Origin: Aeropyrum pernix K1 | GTDB taxonomy: Archaea; Thermoproteota; Thermoprotei_A; Sulfolobales; Acidilobaceae | Assembly (NCBI RefSeq): GCF_000011125.1 | Contig: NC_000854.2 | Coordinates: 990,001-1,022,000 of the forward strand | Reading direction: 5' to 3' | Length of the DNA: 32,000 nucleotides | Shown here: positions 7,282 through 15,596 of the stretch, piece by piece | Numbering within the stretch: position 1 is the first letter of the stretch | How the letters are laid out: the number at the start of each line of letters is the position of its first letter | The notes under the pieces: model-generated | What the model was told of the DNA's origin: nothing | The model's input: only the letters and a program-made list of their open reading frames with translations | The model's database searches: none | Translations under genes and position numbers: made by a program

Positions 7282-7563
7282 TTAGCCTGGGTTTTTCAGT
7301 CTTATCTCAACCTTGTAGCCGCTTCTCTCGACGTCCCAGCCGAGGACCTCGGCCTCCGCCTCTAGCCCCGCCTCTTTGAACGCGTTCTCTATCTCCTCCT
7401 TTAGGCTGAAGTCCAGGCTGCAGGCGCAGTTCTGCTTTACCAGGGCTTTTATGGTGCCGTCTCTTATCGAGTCTATCACCAGCTCCATATCGCCCATTAG
7501 CCAGTTGTTGAAAGTCTCCACCGCCGTTTTGACGGCCTTCATGACCTCGGCGAGGCCAGTCAA
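7282..7563 (-). CDS. Hypothetical small cytoplasmic protein (86-93 aa), last gene of the ABC transporter string
   Basis: The track ORF has host-typical codons and begins 31 nt after the stop of the upstream ATPase gene on the same strand. The start is TTG at 7563 or the ATG giving MKAVKTAV. Confidence 0.6.
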   Translation of the reverse strand: MTGLAEVMKAVKTAVETFNNWLMGDMELVIDSIRDGTIKALVKQNCACSLDFSLKEEIENAFKEAGLEAEAEVLGWDVERSGYKVEIRLKNPG

Positions 7564-7594
7564 CCCGGCTCACCCCCCGGGTCTTGTGGGGTGT

Positions 7595-8728
7595 TCAGCT
7601 CCATGGTATGTATCTCCAGCAGGACACTCTTCTGTCTTCCTCCCCCTCAGTGGGCCTCTTTAGCGGGGGCTCTTTGACCGGGCACATCTCCCGGAGCCTG
7701 TCCATGTCCTGCTCGTACTCTACGCAGCGGGGGTGGAACCTGCAGCCCGGGGGTATGGCCGCTGCGCTGGGGATCTCGCCCTTTATGGGGACTTCCCTGA
7801 GCTTCTTCCTGTTGGAGGGGTCTGGCTCGGGTATGGCTGCGACTAGGGCTTTTGTGTAGGGGTGTATGGGCCTCTCTATTATCCTCCTTGCATCGCCCGT
7901 CTCAACGATCTTGCCCAGGTACATTACCGCTATCCTGTCGCATATGTACCTTGCCACCGCCAGGTCGTGGGTTATGAACAGGAGGCTAGTACCCAGCTTC
8001 TCTCTGAAGCCGAGCAGCAGCTCGAGTATCTCGGCGCGTATCGAGACGTCGAGCATCGAGACTGGCTCGTCTGCTACAACGAGGCTGGGGTTCAGTATGA
8101 AAGCCCTGGCTATGGCTACCCTCTGCCTCTGCCCCCCGCTGAGCTGGTGGGGATAACGGTCCATGAAGTCGCTGGCTGGGGTGAGCTTGACCGCCTCGAG
8201 CATCCTTGCAACCATCTCCTCCCTCTCCCTGGCGTTGCCTATGCTGTGGATCAGCAGGGGGTCCTCGAGTATCCTCTTTATGGTGAACCTGGGGTTGAGG
8301 CTCCCGTAGGGGTCCTGGTACACTATCTGCAGCTCCCTCCTCAGGGGCTTGAACTTCCTCCTCGGCACTGCCAGCAGGTCCACGAAGCCGTCTCCCAGGC
8401 TCTTGACACCCCTCCTCTCAAGCTCCTCGAGGACCTCCTTCTTCGGCTTGAAGAAGACCCTCCCCCCAGTAGCCTTCACCAGCCTGAGTATGGCCTTCCC
8501 CGTCGTCGTCTTACCGCACCCGCTCTCTCCGACGAGGCAGAACACCTCGCCCCTGGCTATGCTGAAGGACACGCCGTCAACGGCCTTCACGAACCTCTGG
8601 GGCTTCATCGTTATGAGCTCGGTGATGCTCCTCCTCAGGGGGAACCACACCCTGAGGTCCTCAACCCTCAGGACCTCGCCACCCAGAGCCCCGGGGCTCT
8701 GGGCCGCCTCTGCCTGCACCCTAGACAC
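7595..8728 (-). CDS. Dpp/Opp-type ABC transporter ATP-binding protein (OppF/DppF-like)
   Basis: It has Walker A GESGCGKTT, signature LSGGQRQR, Walker B LVVADEP and a Cys-rich C-terminal extension (PPGCRFHPRC...C...C). Confidence 0.95.
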   Translation of the reverse strand: MSRVQAEAAQSPGALGGEVLRVEDLRVWFPLRRSITELITMKPQRFVKAVDGVSFSIARGEVFCLVGESGCGKTTTGKAILRLVKATGGRVFFKPKKEVLEELERRGVKSLGDGFVDLLAVPRRKFKPLRRELQIVYQDPYGSLNPRFTIKRILEDPLLIHSIGNAREREEMVARMLEAVKLTPASDFMDRYPHQLSGGQRQRVAIARAFILNPSLVVADEPVSMLDVSIRAEILELLLGFREKLGTSLLFITHDLAVARYICDRIAVMYLGKIVETGDARRIIERPIHPYTKALVAAIPEPDPSNRKKLREVPIKGEIPSAAAIPPGCRFHPRCVEYEQDMDRLREMCPVKEPPLKRPTEGEEDRRVSCWRYIPWS

Positions 8729-8730
8729 GC

Positions 8731-9705
8731 CTACTCACCTCCGCCCTCGTTAAGCCAGCACGCGCTGAGGTGGCCATCGCCCACCCGGAAGAGGGGGGGC
8801 TCCTCCCGGGAGCACCTGTCGAAGGCTTTCGGGCAGCGGGGGTGGAACCTGCAGCCGGGCGGCGGGTTGCGGAGGTCCGGTGGGGAGCCTGGTATGTAGG
8901 CTAGCCTGTCTATGGGGCCCCTGAGCTTTGGTATGGCTTTGAGGAGTGCCTGGGTGTATGGGTGCTGGGGTTTTGTGAAGACAGCGTCGCTGGGCCCGTA
9001 CTCCGCTATCTTGCCTCCATACATTATCATCACTGTCTCGGCCAGCTCGGCTATAACTGAGAGGTCGTGGGTTATCAGTATTATCGATAGGTTCTTCTCC
9101 CACGCCAGCTTCTTGAGCAGGTTGAGTATCTGGGCCTGTACCACCACGTCCAGGGCTGTGGTGGGCTCGTCGGCTATCACTATATCCGGCTCCAGAGCCA
9201 GGGCCATGGCTATCACCACCCTCTGCTTCTGCCCCCCGCTAAGCTCGTGGGGGTAGCGGTCGGCTATGCTCCTGTGGAGGCCCACGCTCTCAAGCAGCTC
9301 GTAAACCCTCTGCCTCGCCTCGTGCCTCCCGACACCCCTGTGTATCTGCAGCACCTCCTCGATCTGCCTACCGACGGTGTATACAGGGGTGAGGACGTTC
9401 ATAGCCCCCTGGAACACCATGCTGACCTTCTTCCACCTCACCTTCCTCCTAAGCTCTGCCTCGCTCATCGAGGTTACATCCATCCCGTCTATCATTATCC
9501 TCCCGCCGACTATCCTCCCTGGAGGGGGGACAAGGCCTAGTATGCTCCATGCTAGGGTGCTCTTCCCGCTGCCGCTCTCCCCCGCTATACCCAGGACTTC
9601 GCCCCTCCTCAGGGTGAAGGACACGCCGTCAACAGCCTTCACTATACCCCTGAGGGTGTAGAAGTATGTTTTGAGGTCCTCAACCACTAGGAGCTCCTGA
9701 GCCAC
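8731..9705 (-). CDS. Dpp/Opp-type ABC transporter ATP-binding protein (OppD/DppD-like)
   Basis: It has Walker A GESGSGKST, signature LSGGQKQR, Walker B IVIADEP and a C-terminal PPGCRFHPRCPKAFDRC...SAC motif. Confidence 0.95.
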   Translation of the reverse strand: MAQELLVVEDLKTYFYTLRGIVKAVDGVSFTLRRGEVLGIAGESGSGKSTLAWSILGLVPPPGRIVGGRIMIDGMDVTSMSEAELRRKVRWKKVSMVFQGAMNVLTPVYTVGRQIEEVLQIHRGVGRHEARQRVYELLESVGLHRSIADRYPHELSGGQKQRVVIAMALALEPDIVIADEPTTALDVVVQAQILNLLKKLAWEKNLSIILITHDLSVIAELAETVMIMYGGKIAEYGPSDAVFTKPQHPYTQALLKAIPKLRGPIDRLAYIPGSPPDLRNPPPGCRFHPRCPKAFDRCSREEPPLFRVGDGHLSACWLNEGGGE

Positions 9706-9711
9706 CTCTCT

Positions 9712-11295
9712 TCACCTCTTCAGCTTGGGGTTCAGGATCGCGTCCAGAGCGTTCCCTATGAACACGAAGGTCATGCCGACGACCGCTATGGCCAGCCCGG
9801 GGGGTATGACCCACCACCAGTACCCGTTTAGGGCGGCCCCCGCGTCCTGCGCCTCGAACAGTATCTTGCCCCAGGTGACCAGGTCGGGGTCGCCCAGGTT
9901 GAGGAAGCTGAGGCTCGCCTCAGCTATAACCGCCCCCGGCACGCTGAGAGCCATGCTGGCGAACATGTAGGGGAGAACCTGGGGCGCTAGGTATAGTAGC
10001 ACGATCCTCACGGTACCTGCACCGCTGGCGATAGCGGCCTCCACGTAGGGCTCGCTCTTTATCTGGAACGCCATGCTCCTAGTGACGAACGCTATGCCGG
10101 GCCAGCTGAAGGCTACTATGAGGAATATTATAACCCATATGTTGCCGCCTATTATAGCCGCGAACAGTATCAGCAGGGGGAGCGCCGGGAGGCTGTAGAT
10201 TATCTGCGCGAACCTTAGCATAACCTCATCAGCTATTCCCCCTAGGTAGCCGGAGACTATGCCGTAGAGGCTGCCGAACACCACTGTTATCGCGCTTGTC
10301 AGAAGCCCGACTATGAGGGCCCACCTAGTGCCGTAGAGGAGGCCCTGGAAGAGGTCGCGCCCCTGGTCGTCAGTTCCCAGTAGGCCGTAGCAGGATCCCT
10401 TCACGACTAGCTTCTCCGGCTGCACATCTATCTCGGCCTCCTGGGCCAGGAATATTATGTTGAGTCTGTAGGTACCGTTGAGCACGTCGAAGCTCCCGGT
10501 GACCAGCGAGTTAACCGGGTCGGTAGAGAATATGGCCTTATACAGGTTTGTCGCTATGTTGCCGAAGCCCACCTGAGAAACATCGACGCCCTGCTCTTGG
10601 AGGCTCGGTATGACGAACCTCTGGAGGAGGGACTGGCTTGTGGCCATGCTCTTGAGGCTGAAGCTGACGGAAGAGCCCTTCAGCTTTTTAAGCGGCATCC
10701 CGGGGAAGACGCTGTCTATCCTCACTCCAGGCTGCTGTAGCTGCGCCGGGAGCCCCCCGACCACGGGGAGCTGGGGCCCCTCCTTCTTCTCGACGAAGAC
10801 GAACTCGGAGCCGTCTGGCCTCTCAAGGTATATCTTCTCTACGTACATGAACCCCTCGGTCACGTTATAGGCCATGAAGAGGGTTGAGTACACGTCTACT
10901 GGCGGCTTGTTCCCGGTGACGTCAAACTCCATGTTTATAATAAGCCTGACGTAACCCTCGTCGCCCCTCACCACAGAAGCCCTAAGCTTCTCCGCAAGCA
11001 ACTGACTGGTCTCCGGGTCGTCGGCCTTTAGAACTAGCGTTGGCGTGGGGTTCCTCCCCCTTAGCTCCTCAAACCAGCAGGGGGGCACAGTCTTCGGATA
11101 GTCCTCGAAGTACTGAGTGTTAGTGAACCAGTTCCTTATAGCCTCCTGGTCTCCGTAGATCTCGAAGGACACGGCCATGAAGAGGAGTATAACGAAGAGT
11201 ATGAGGCCTACTATCCCTATGGGATACCTAAGGTATTCGCGGAAGAAGCCCTTCACACTCTCCGCCGTAAGGCTCACCTTTTTACACCCCGCCAC
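9712..11295 (-). CDS. Dpp/Opp-type ABC transporter permease (DppC/OppC-like) with a very long extracytoplasmic segment after TM1
   Basis: The C-terminal 200 aa form a typical BPD-transporter permease core (...IASGAGTVRIVLLYLAPQVLPYM...). About 270 residues lie between the first TM and that core. Confidence 0.9.
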   Translation of the reverse strand: MAGCKKVSLTAESVKGFFREYLRYPIGIVGLILFVILLFMAVSFEIYGDQEAIRNWFTNTQYFEDYPKTVPPCWFEELRGRNPTPTLVLKADDPETSQLLAEKLRASVVRGDEGYVRLIINMEFDVTGNKPPVDVYSTLFMAYNVTEGFMYVEKIYLERPDGSEFVFVEKKEGPQLPVVGGLPAQLQQPGVRIDSVFPGMPLKKLKGSSVSFSLKSMATSQSLLQRFVIPSLQEQGVDVSQVGFGNIATNLYKAIFSTDPVNSLVTGSFDVLNGTYRLNIIFLAQEAEIDVQPEKLVVKGSCYGLLGTDDQGRDLFQGLLYGTRWALIVGLLTSAITVVFGSLYGIVSGYLGGIADEVMLRFAQIIYSLPALPLLILFAAIIGGNIWVIIFLIVAFSWPGIAFVTRSMAFQIKSEPYVEAAIASGAGTVRIVLLYLAPQVLPYMFASMALSVPGAVIAEASLSFLNLGDPDLVTWGKILFEAQDAGAALNGYWWWVIPPGLAIAVVGMTFVFIGNALDAILNPKLKR

Positions 11296-11313
11296 GGATA
11301 GTTGATGGCCTGG

Positions 11314-12405
11314 TTATGTTGCGCCAGTCCTCACCCTCGGGTCCAACAGGCTGTAGATAAAGTCCAATATAAGGATTGTCAGTATGAAGAAGACTGTCAG
11401 AACCCATGTGCTGGCGACCAGCACTTTGGCGTCGCTCTGCTGTATAGCGATCCAGTAGACTAGCCCCATGCCTGGCCAGCCGAAGACCGCCTCGGTTATA
11501 ATGGCGCCGCCGAAGGCTCCGACTATGCTGAGGGCAAGGTATGTGACTATGGGGGGGCTGCTAGTCCTAAGGACGTGGCCGTATATGACCCGCCTCTCCG
11601 GTAGCCCCCTCGCCCTGGCGGCGGTGACGAAATCCTCCTGCAGAATACCCAGTACTATGTTCCTTATGAGGTAGGATGCTCCGCCGAAGCTGACGAGAAC
11701 TATTGTCATGACAGGCATGGTCATATACTTAAGCCATATTTTCGCCTGCTCCACTATCTTCTCGAAGAGCGGCAAGTCGGGAGGCAGCTTGCTCAGCTCG
11801 AAGTAGACGTACTGGGCCTGCGCCGGGAATAGGCGGAGGTAGAAGGAGAATATCAGTATCATGATTATGGCGACCCACCATGTGGGGAAGCTCCAGCTTA
11901 TCATGCCGAAGACTGAGAGACCCCTGTCGAATATGCTTCCAGGCTTCCTAGCCATCTGGAAGCCCAGTATAATACCTATAGCGAAGGTTATCAGTGTGGC
12001 TGTCAGGAAAAGTATGGCCGTATTTTTCATGGCGAGCAGGAGTATATCCCCTATGACGTTAGTACCACCTATGTAAGAATACTGAGTCACTCCAAAGTCG
12101 AAAGTTATATTACTCTTTATCAGCTTCACAGTCCAGGTCGCTACATCCTGGACAAAATTGCCCGTCAATCCATACCTCTCCATCAGGTTCTCATAAAGCT
12201 GCCTGGACTTTTCCTCGAGGAGTTCAGGGTTGTTCCTATACTGAACCTCTAGCTGTCTCAAAGCAAGAACATACTCCTCAGCAAGCCTGCCCCGAAGCTC
12301 CGTGACCGTATACACAGCGAATATTCCAGATATAAGTAGGAGGGCGACCAGCAACGTAATAGCTGCGTTCAATATCTTCGCGCCAGCGAAACGGAGAACG
12401 GACAT
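11314..12405 (-). CDS. Dpp/Opp-type ABC transporter permease (DppB/OppB-like)
   Basis: It has six TM segments and the EAA-like loop DFVTAARARGLPERRVIYGHVLR. The start is ATG at 12405. Confidence 0.92.
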   Translation of the reverse strand: MSVLRFAGAKILNAAITLLVALLLISGIFAVYTVTELRGRLAEEYVLALRQLEVQYRNNPELLEEKSRQLYENLMERYGLTGNFVQDVATWTVKLIKSNITFDFGVTQYSYIGGTNVIGDILLLAMKNTAILFLTATLITFAIGIILGFQMARKPGSIFDRGLSVFGMISWSFPTWWVAIIMILIFSFYLRLFPAQAQYVYFELSKLPPDLPLFEKIVEQAKIWLKYMTMPVMTIVLVSFGGASYLIRNIVLGILQEDFVTAARARGLPERRVIYGHVLRTSSPPIVTYLALSIVGAFGGAIITEAVFGWPGMGLVYWIAIQQSDAKVLVASTWVLTVFFILTILILDFIYSLLDPRVRTGAT

Positions 12406-12588
12406 CCATTAGCCCCCCGCCTAGCTCCTAATTAAAACCTCTTAGATATCCAACTGGTAAATATGCCTCTCCCTGAAGACCAGCACGGAGGTTTACACTT
12501 GAAGATTAAGATGAGAATAGATATTATCCTGCTAGCATGTCTAAAGAGCCTTCCCCGATACCCGATCCGGAGATAATGACGGGCAAGC

Positions 12589-12612
12589 ATAGTTAGAAAT
12601 ATAGTTAGAAAT
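12589..12612. repeat. Perfect tandem duplication, 2 x 12 nt (ATAGTTAGAAAT)
   Basis: Read directly from the sequence, in the AT-rich spacer between the binding-protein and permease genes. Confidence 0.9.
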
Positions 12613-12644
12613 TAGGGAAGAAAGAGCGGGTTTTGAAGTTTGTG

Positions 12645-12664
12645 AAGAGAAAAATACCTTTTTG
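12645..12664 (-). terminator. Candidate intrinsic terminator: a T5 run on the minus strand about 40 nt after the binding-protein stop codon
   Basis: The minus strand reads CAAAAAGGTATTTTTCTCTTC. Oligo-T tracts act as archaeal termination signals. Confidence 0.3.
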
Positions 12665-12693
12665 ACGATAAGATAGGGGGTTGATAAGCTGCT

Positions 12694-15486
12694 TTAGCCT
12701 TGTCTCCTGAGGTAGAAGAACGCTGCTGCAGCCAGTATTATCAGTATTATTATTGCGGCGAGCACAGTAGTGCTGACGCCTGTAGTCACTGTCGTAGTGG
12801 CGGTTACGGTCTCGGTCTGCGTCTCGACCTGGGTCTTCGTAACAGTCTCCGTCTGGACCTGGGTTACAGTCTTCTCCACTGTCTTGGTTATAACCACTGT
12901 CTGGGCAGGTGTTGTTTCGGTCGGAGTAGTCTCGGTCTCTGTTGTGGTGGTCTCGGTGGTTGTCGTCTCTGTCGGAGTGGTCTCTGTTGTGGTGGTCGGC
13001 GGGGCTGTCTCTATGGTGCCGTAGACGTTATTCCTGGTTACCTCCAGTAGCTGTGGCGGTATGAAGCCCTTGCCTAGCGGGTAGTCCTCGAAGAAGACTA
13101 GCTCCATAACGTTGGCGTTGGGGTCGTAGCTCTCCACCATAAACGGACCGTTGAACACGACGGCGTGGCCCTTCTCGTTTATGAAGTTCACGTAGGCCTG
13201 CAGCCTAGCGTCCATGTCGCTCTGGCTCAGCAGGTTAAGGCCGTTCACGTACTTCAGCGCCTCGGGCTGGCCCACCAGCTCTGAAGCCATCTGGGCTATC
13301 ACGTCTGGGTGCTTGAGGAGGTCGACTGCTATCTCGCCAGTCGCCTCCCTATCGGTCCAGCCGTAGTTGGTGCCTCCCGGATCCTCGACAACAGCCTTCT
13401 CGAGAGCTATTATCATGTGTAGGGGTGTCCATACCCACATGTCTATCGTGGAGGCTATCAGAGCCGGGTCGACGTCCAGGTAGGGCGTGTAAACCTCTAT
13501 CGTGTCCTCGTCAACTATCTTAATACCGTATATCAGCTCTAGTGTTCCCGTTACTGCACCGTCTATCTCGGAGTCGTAGTACGGGTCGGGCTGGCCTGTT
13601 ATCTGGCTGTCGTCGAACGCCCACTCATAGTAGAATGCTAGCACTCCAAGTATGTCTGCAAGCGTCATGTCTGTGCCGTCGTGCCACTTGCCCAGGACGA
13701 AGTCGAACGTAACCTTGGCGGAGGCCTGTGCTCCCTCGGAGACTACGCTGCCCACGCCTGGTATGTAGTCCTTGCCCTGCGCCTTAGCCTCACCAACGGT
13801 GATCCACTTGTTCTCAACGGGGTCGTAGACCATGGCGTCATCCGGCACTGGTATACCGTCTGGGTTGACCTCGACGTTCCAGCTCTCCCTTATCGGCACT
13901 GGTATGCCCGTAACGGGGTGAGCGTACATTCCAAAGTCAGCGACCTGGTACCTGATTACCTCGCTGTATATGTCTGTGAAGCCTAGCACAGGGTTCCACG
14001 GGCTCAGGAATAGCGCTCCCGCGGCGCTGAACTCTATCACCGTTAAGTTGCCATCAACAGTCCTCGAAGTTCTAATGCCCCACATGCTCCAGAGGCCCGT
14101 TGTGGTGCCGAAAATCAGTCCTGTAACCCTGTTCTTGTTTATGGGGAAGAACTCGAGGTTCTCCGTCAGGAACACCCTAGGTACTTCCTCGAGGCCAAGC
14201 CTCGTCAGGGTCCTGATGTCCTCTCTCAGCTGGTCCACCTGGTCGGGTGTGTAGTTGCCGAAGTACAGCTTGTAGCCTAGCTCGTACATCTCTGGGTTGA
14301 ACCAGAACCACCAGTCCTGCACTCTGTGGTTTGGCCCGTAGCCCCTGAGTGGTGCGTAGAAGAATGCTACGTCGTACCTAGCCCAGTATATTGGGTCGTC
14401 TGTTACGGAGACCCAGCCCTCGGTGTATAGGTGCCATAGCCTGCCTCCGATGGTGTCGCTAGTCTGTATCGGGTTTATACCGTAGACTAGCGGGGTGACT
14501 ATGGTTCTGGTCCTCTCTATCCTGTTCACCTTTATCCATAGGTAGCTCTCGATCCAGTTGGCGATCTGCCTGCCGCTGTCTAGCCTCTCGTCCTCAACCC
14601 TTATCAGGAAGTTTACCTCGACTGGCACCTCAGTCCCGTCGGGGTAGACGAAGTACAGCCACTTGCCTCCAGGGGCTAGTGGGTCGTCCTTGAACACCAG
14701 CTGGTATCCGTACTCGGCGTAGATCTGGTTAAGCTCGTTTATCGCCTCCTCCATTAGCTGCTGGGCCGTGGCTACGTCAGCGACGCTGGTGACGCCGAGT
14801 TCCTCGGGTATGTCGGCCACCCACTCGTAGGCCGGGTGGCCTGACCTTATGGCCGTCAGCATGGGGTTGGCGCTGCCCTGGTAGATGCCGTTAACGAGGA
14901 AGCTCCTATCGACTATCAGCTGGAGGGCCTGCCTTATCTTCTTGACGCCGAAGGGGTTGAACTCTATGTTCCTGTCGTTGGGGTCGACCTGGGTTATATC
15001 GACCCAGTTGCTGCCGAACGCGTCGAGAGAGTTCTTGTAAACCAGCCCGGGTATCTGGACTCCCTGTATAGTCTCATAGTCTCCGGGGCCGTTGACCTTA
15101 ACAACTATCTCCCCCTGCTTCGTGGAGTCGTAAATGTTGCTCGCCAGGTTTATTGCGAGGGCTGTGAAGGTGGAGCTGCTGGGTATAAGGTCTATGTTGG
15201 CCATAACGTCCTGCGGTATGTCGAGGTAGTTCTTCAGGGGCTGGCTCCAGAGGAAGATGTCGGCGTTTCCGCTTCCAACCTCGACGATATCGGCCGTCAT
15301 GTCGGTGACTGTCTTGAACGTTATCGTCTCAACAGGCTGGCCGGCTTGTGCTGACGCGAGCGTGACCAGCGGGATTGAGGGTAGGATGAATATGGCTATC
15401 ATGACCGCTGCTATGAGTATTCTTGCTAAACTGGTTCTCATAATCAGTTCACCCACCATATGGTCATTATTATAACGCTTCTCCAT
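12694..15486 (-). CDS. Family-5 (DppA/OppA-like) extracellular solute-binding protein with a Thr-rich linker and a C-terminal TM anchor
   Basis: At 915-930 aa it is the first gene of the ABC string. It has a signal or anchor sequence MRTSLARILIAAVMIAIFILPS...ASAQAG. The TATA-like ATTTAAAG at 15493..15500 argues for a start at ATG 15459 or 15441 rather than 15486. The C-terminus is a Thr/Glu/Pro/Val/Gln low-complexity stretch followed by VLAAIIILIILAAAAFFYLRRQG. Confidence 0.9.
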   Translation of the reverse strand: MEKRYNNDHMVGELIMRTSLARILIAAVMIAIFILPSIPLVTLASAQAGQPVETITFKTVTDMTADIVEVGSGNADIFLWSQPLKNYLDIPQDVMANIDLIPSSSTFTALAINLASNIYDSTKQGEIVVKVNGPGDYETIQGVQIPGLVYKNSLDAFGSNWVDITQVDPNDRNIEFNPFGVKKIRQALQLIVDRSFLVNGIYQGSANPMLTAIRSGHPAYEWVADIPEELGVTSVADVATAQQLMEEAINELNQIYAEYGYQLVFKDDPLAPGGKWLYFVYPDGTEVPVEVNFLIRVEDERLDSGRQIANWIESYLWIKVNRIERTRTIVTPLVYGINPIQTSDTIGGRLWHLYTEGWVSVTDDPIYWARYDVAFFYAPLRGYGPNHRVQDWWFWFNPEMYELGYKLYFGNYTPDQVDQLREDIRTLTRLGLEEVPRVFLTENLEFFPINKNRVTGLIFGTTTGLWSMWGIRTSRTVDGNLTVIEFSAAGALFLSPWNPVLGFTDIYSEVIRYQVADFGMYAHPVTGIPVPIRESWNVEVNPDGIPVPDDAMVYDPVENKWITVGEAKAQGKDYIPGVGSVVSEGAQASAKVTFDFVLGKWHDGTDMTLADILGVLAFYYEWAFDDSQITGQPDPYYDSEIDGAVTGTLELIYGIKIVDEDTIEVYTPYLDVDPALIASTIDMWVWTPLHMIIALEKAVVEDPGGTNYGWTDREATGEIAVDLLKHPDVIAQMASELVGQPEALKYVNGLNLLSQSDMDARLQAYVNFINEKGHAVVFNGPFMVESYDPNANVMELVFFEDYPLGKGFIPPQLLEVTRNNVYGTIETAPPTTTTETTPTETTTTETTTTETETTPTETTPAQTVVITKTVEKTVTQVQTETVTKTQVETQTETVTATTTVTTGVSTTVLAAIIILIILAAAAFFYLRRQG
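12781..13002 (-). repeat. Coding low-complexity repeats (TETT/TTTTE/TQVET units) forming the Thr-rich stalk of the binding protein
   Basis: The translation is PPTTTTETTPTETTTTETTTTETETTPTETTPAQT...VTQVQTETVTKTQVETQTETVTATTTVTT, and the DNA shows the corresponding short imperfect tandem repeats. Confidence 0.85.
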
Positions 15487-15492
15487 AACTGG

Positions 15493-15500
15493 CTTTAAAT
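15493..15500 (-). promoter_or_regulatory. TATA-box-like element for the binding-protein gene
   Basis: The minus strand reads ATTTAAAG. The predicted transcript start near 15470 lies downstream of the track start codon at 15486. Confidence 0.4.
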
Positions 15501-15596
15501 TCAGCTACAAAGCCGTGTATAGATTCATCAACAGAATAGAGCTGCTTCACAGGCTTATACAGTCTCAACCTCAAAGATAGCCTTGGTGGTGGCCTC

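Noticed and set aside
7862-8899. A 345-aa ORF on the plus strand, with other plus-strand ORFs at 7866..8156 and 8349..8753.
   Set aside because: It is entirely antisense to the two ABC ATPase genes, which have unambiguous Walker and signature motifs. The product is Pro/Leu/Gly/His-rich with no recognisable motif, which is typical of long antisense ORFs in high-GC DNA.
12700-13050. Cys/Gly-rich 116-aa and Val-rich 84-aa plus-strand ORFs.
   Set aside because: They are antisense translations of the Thr-rich repeat tract of the binding protein. Their repetitive composition is a by-product of the ACN/GAN codon repeats.
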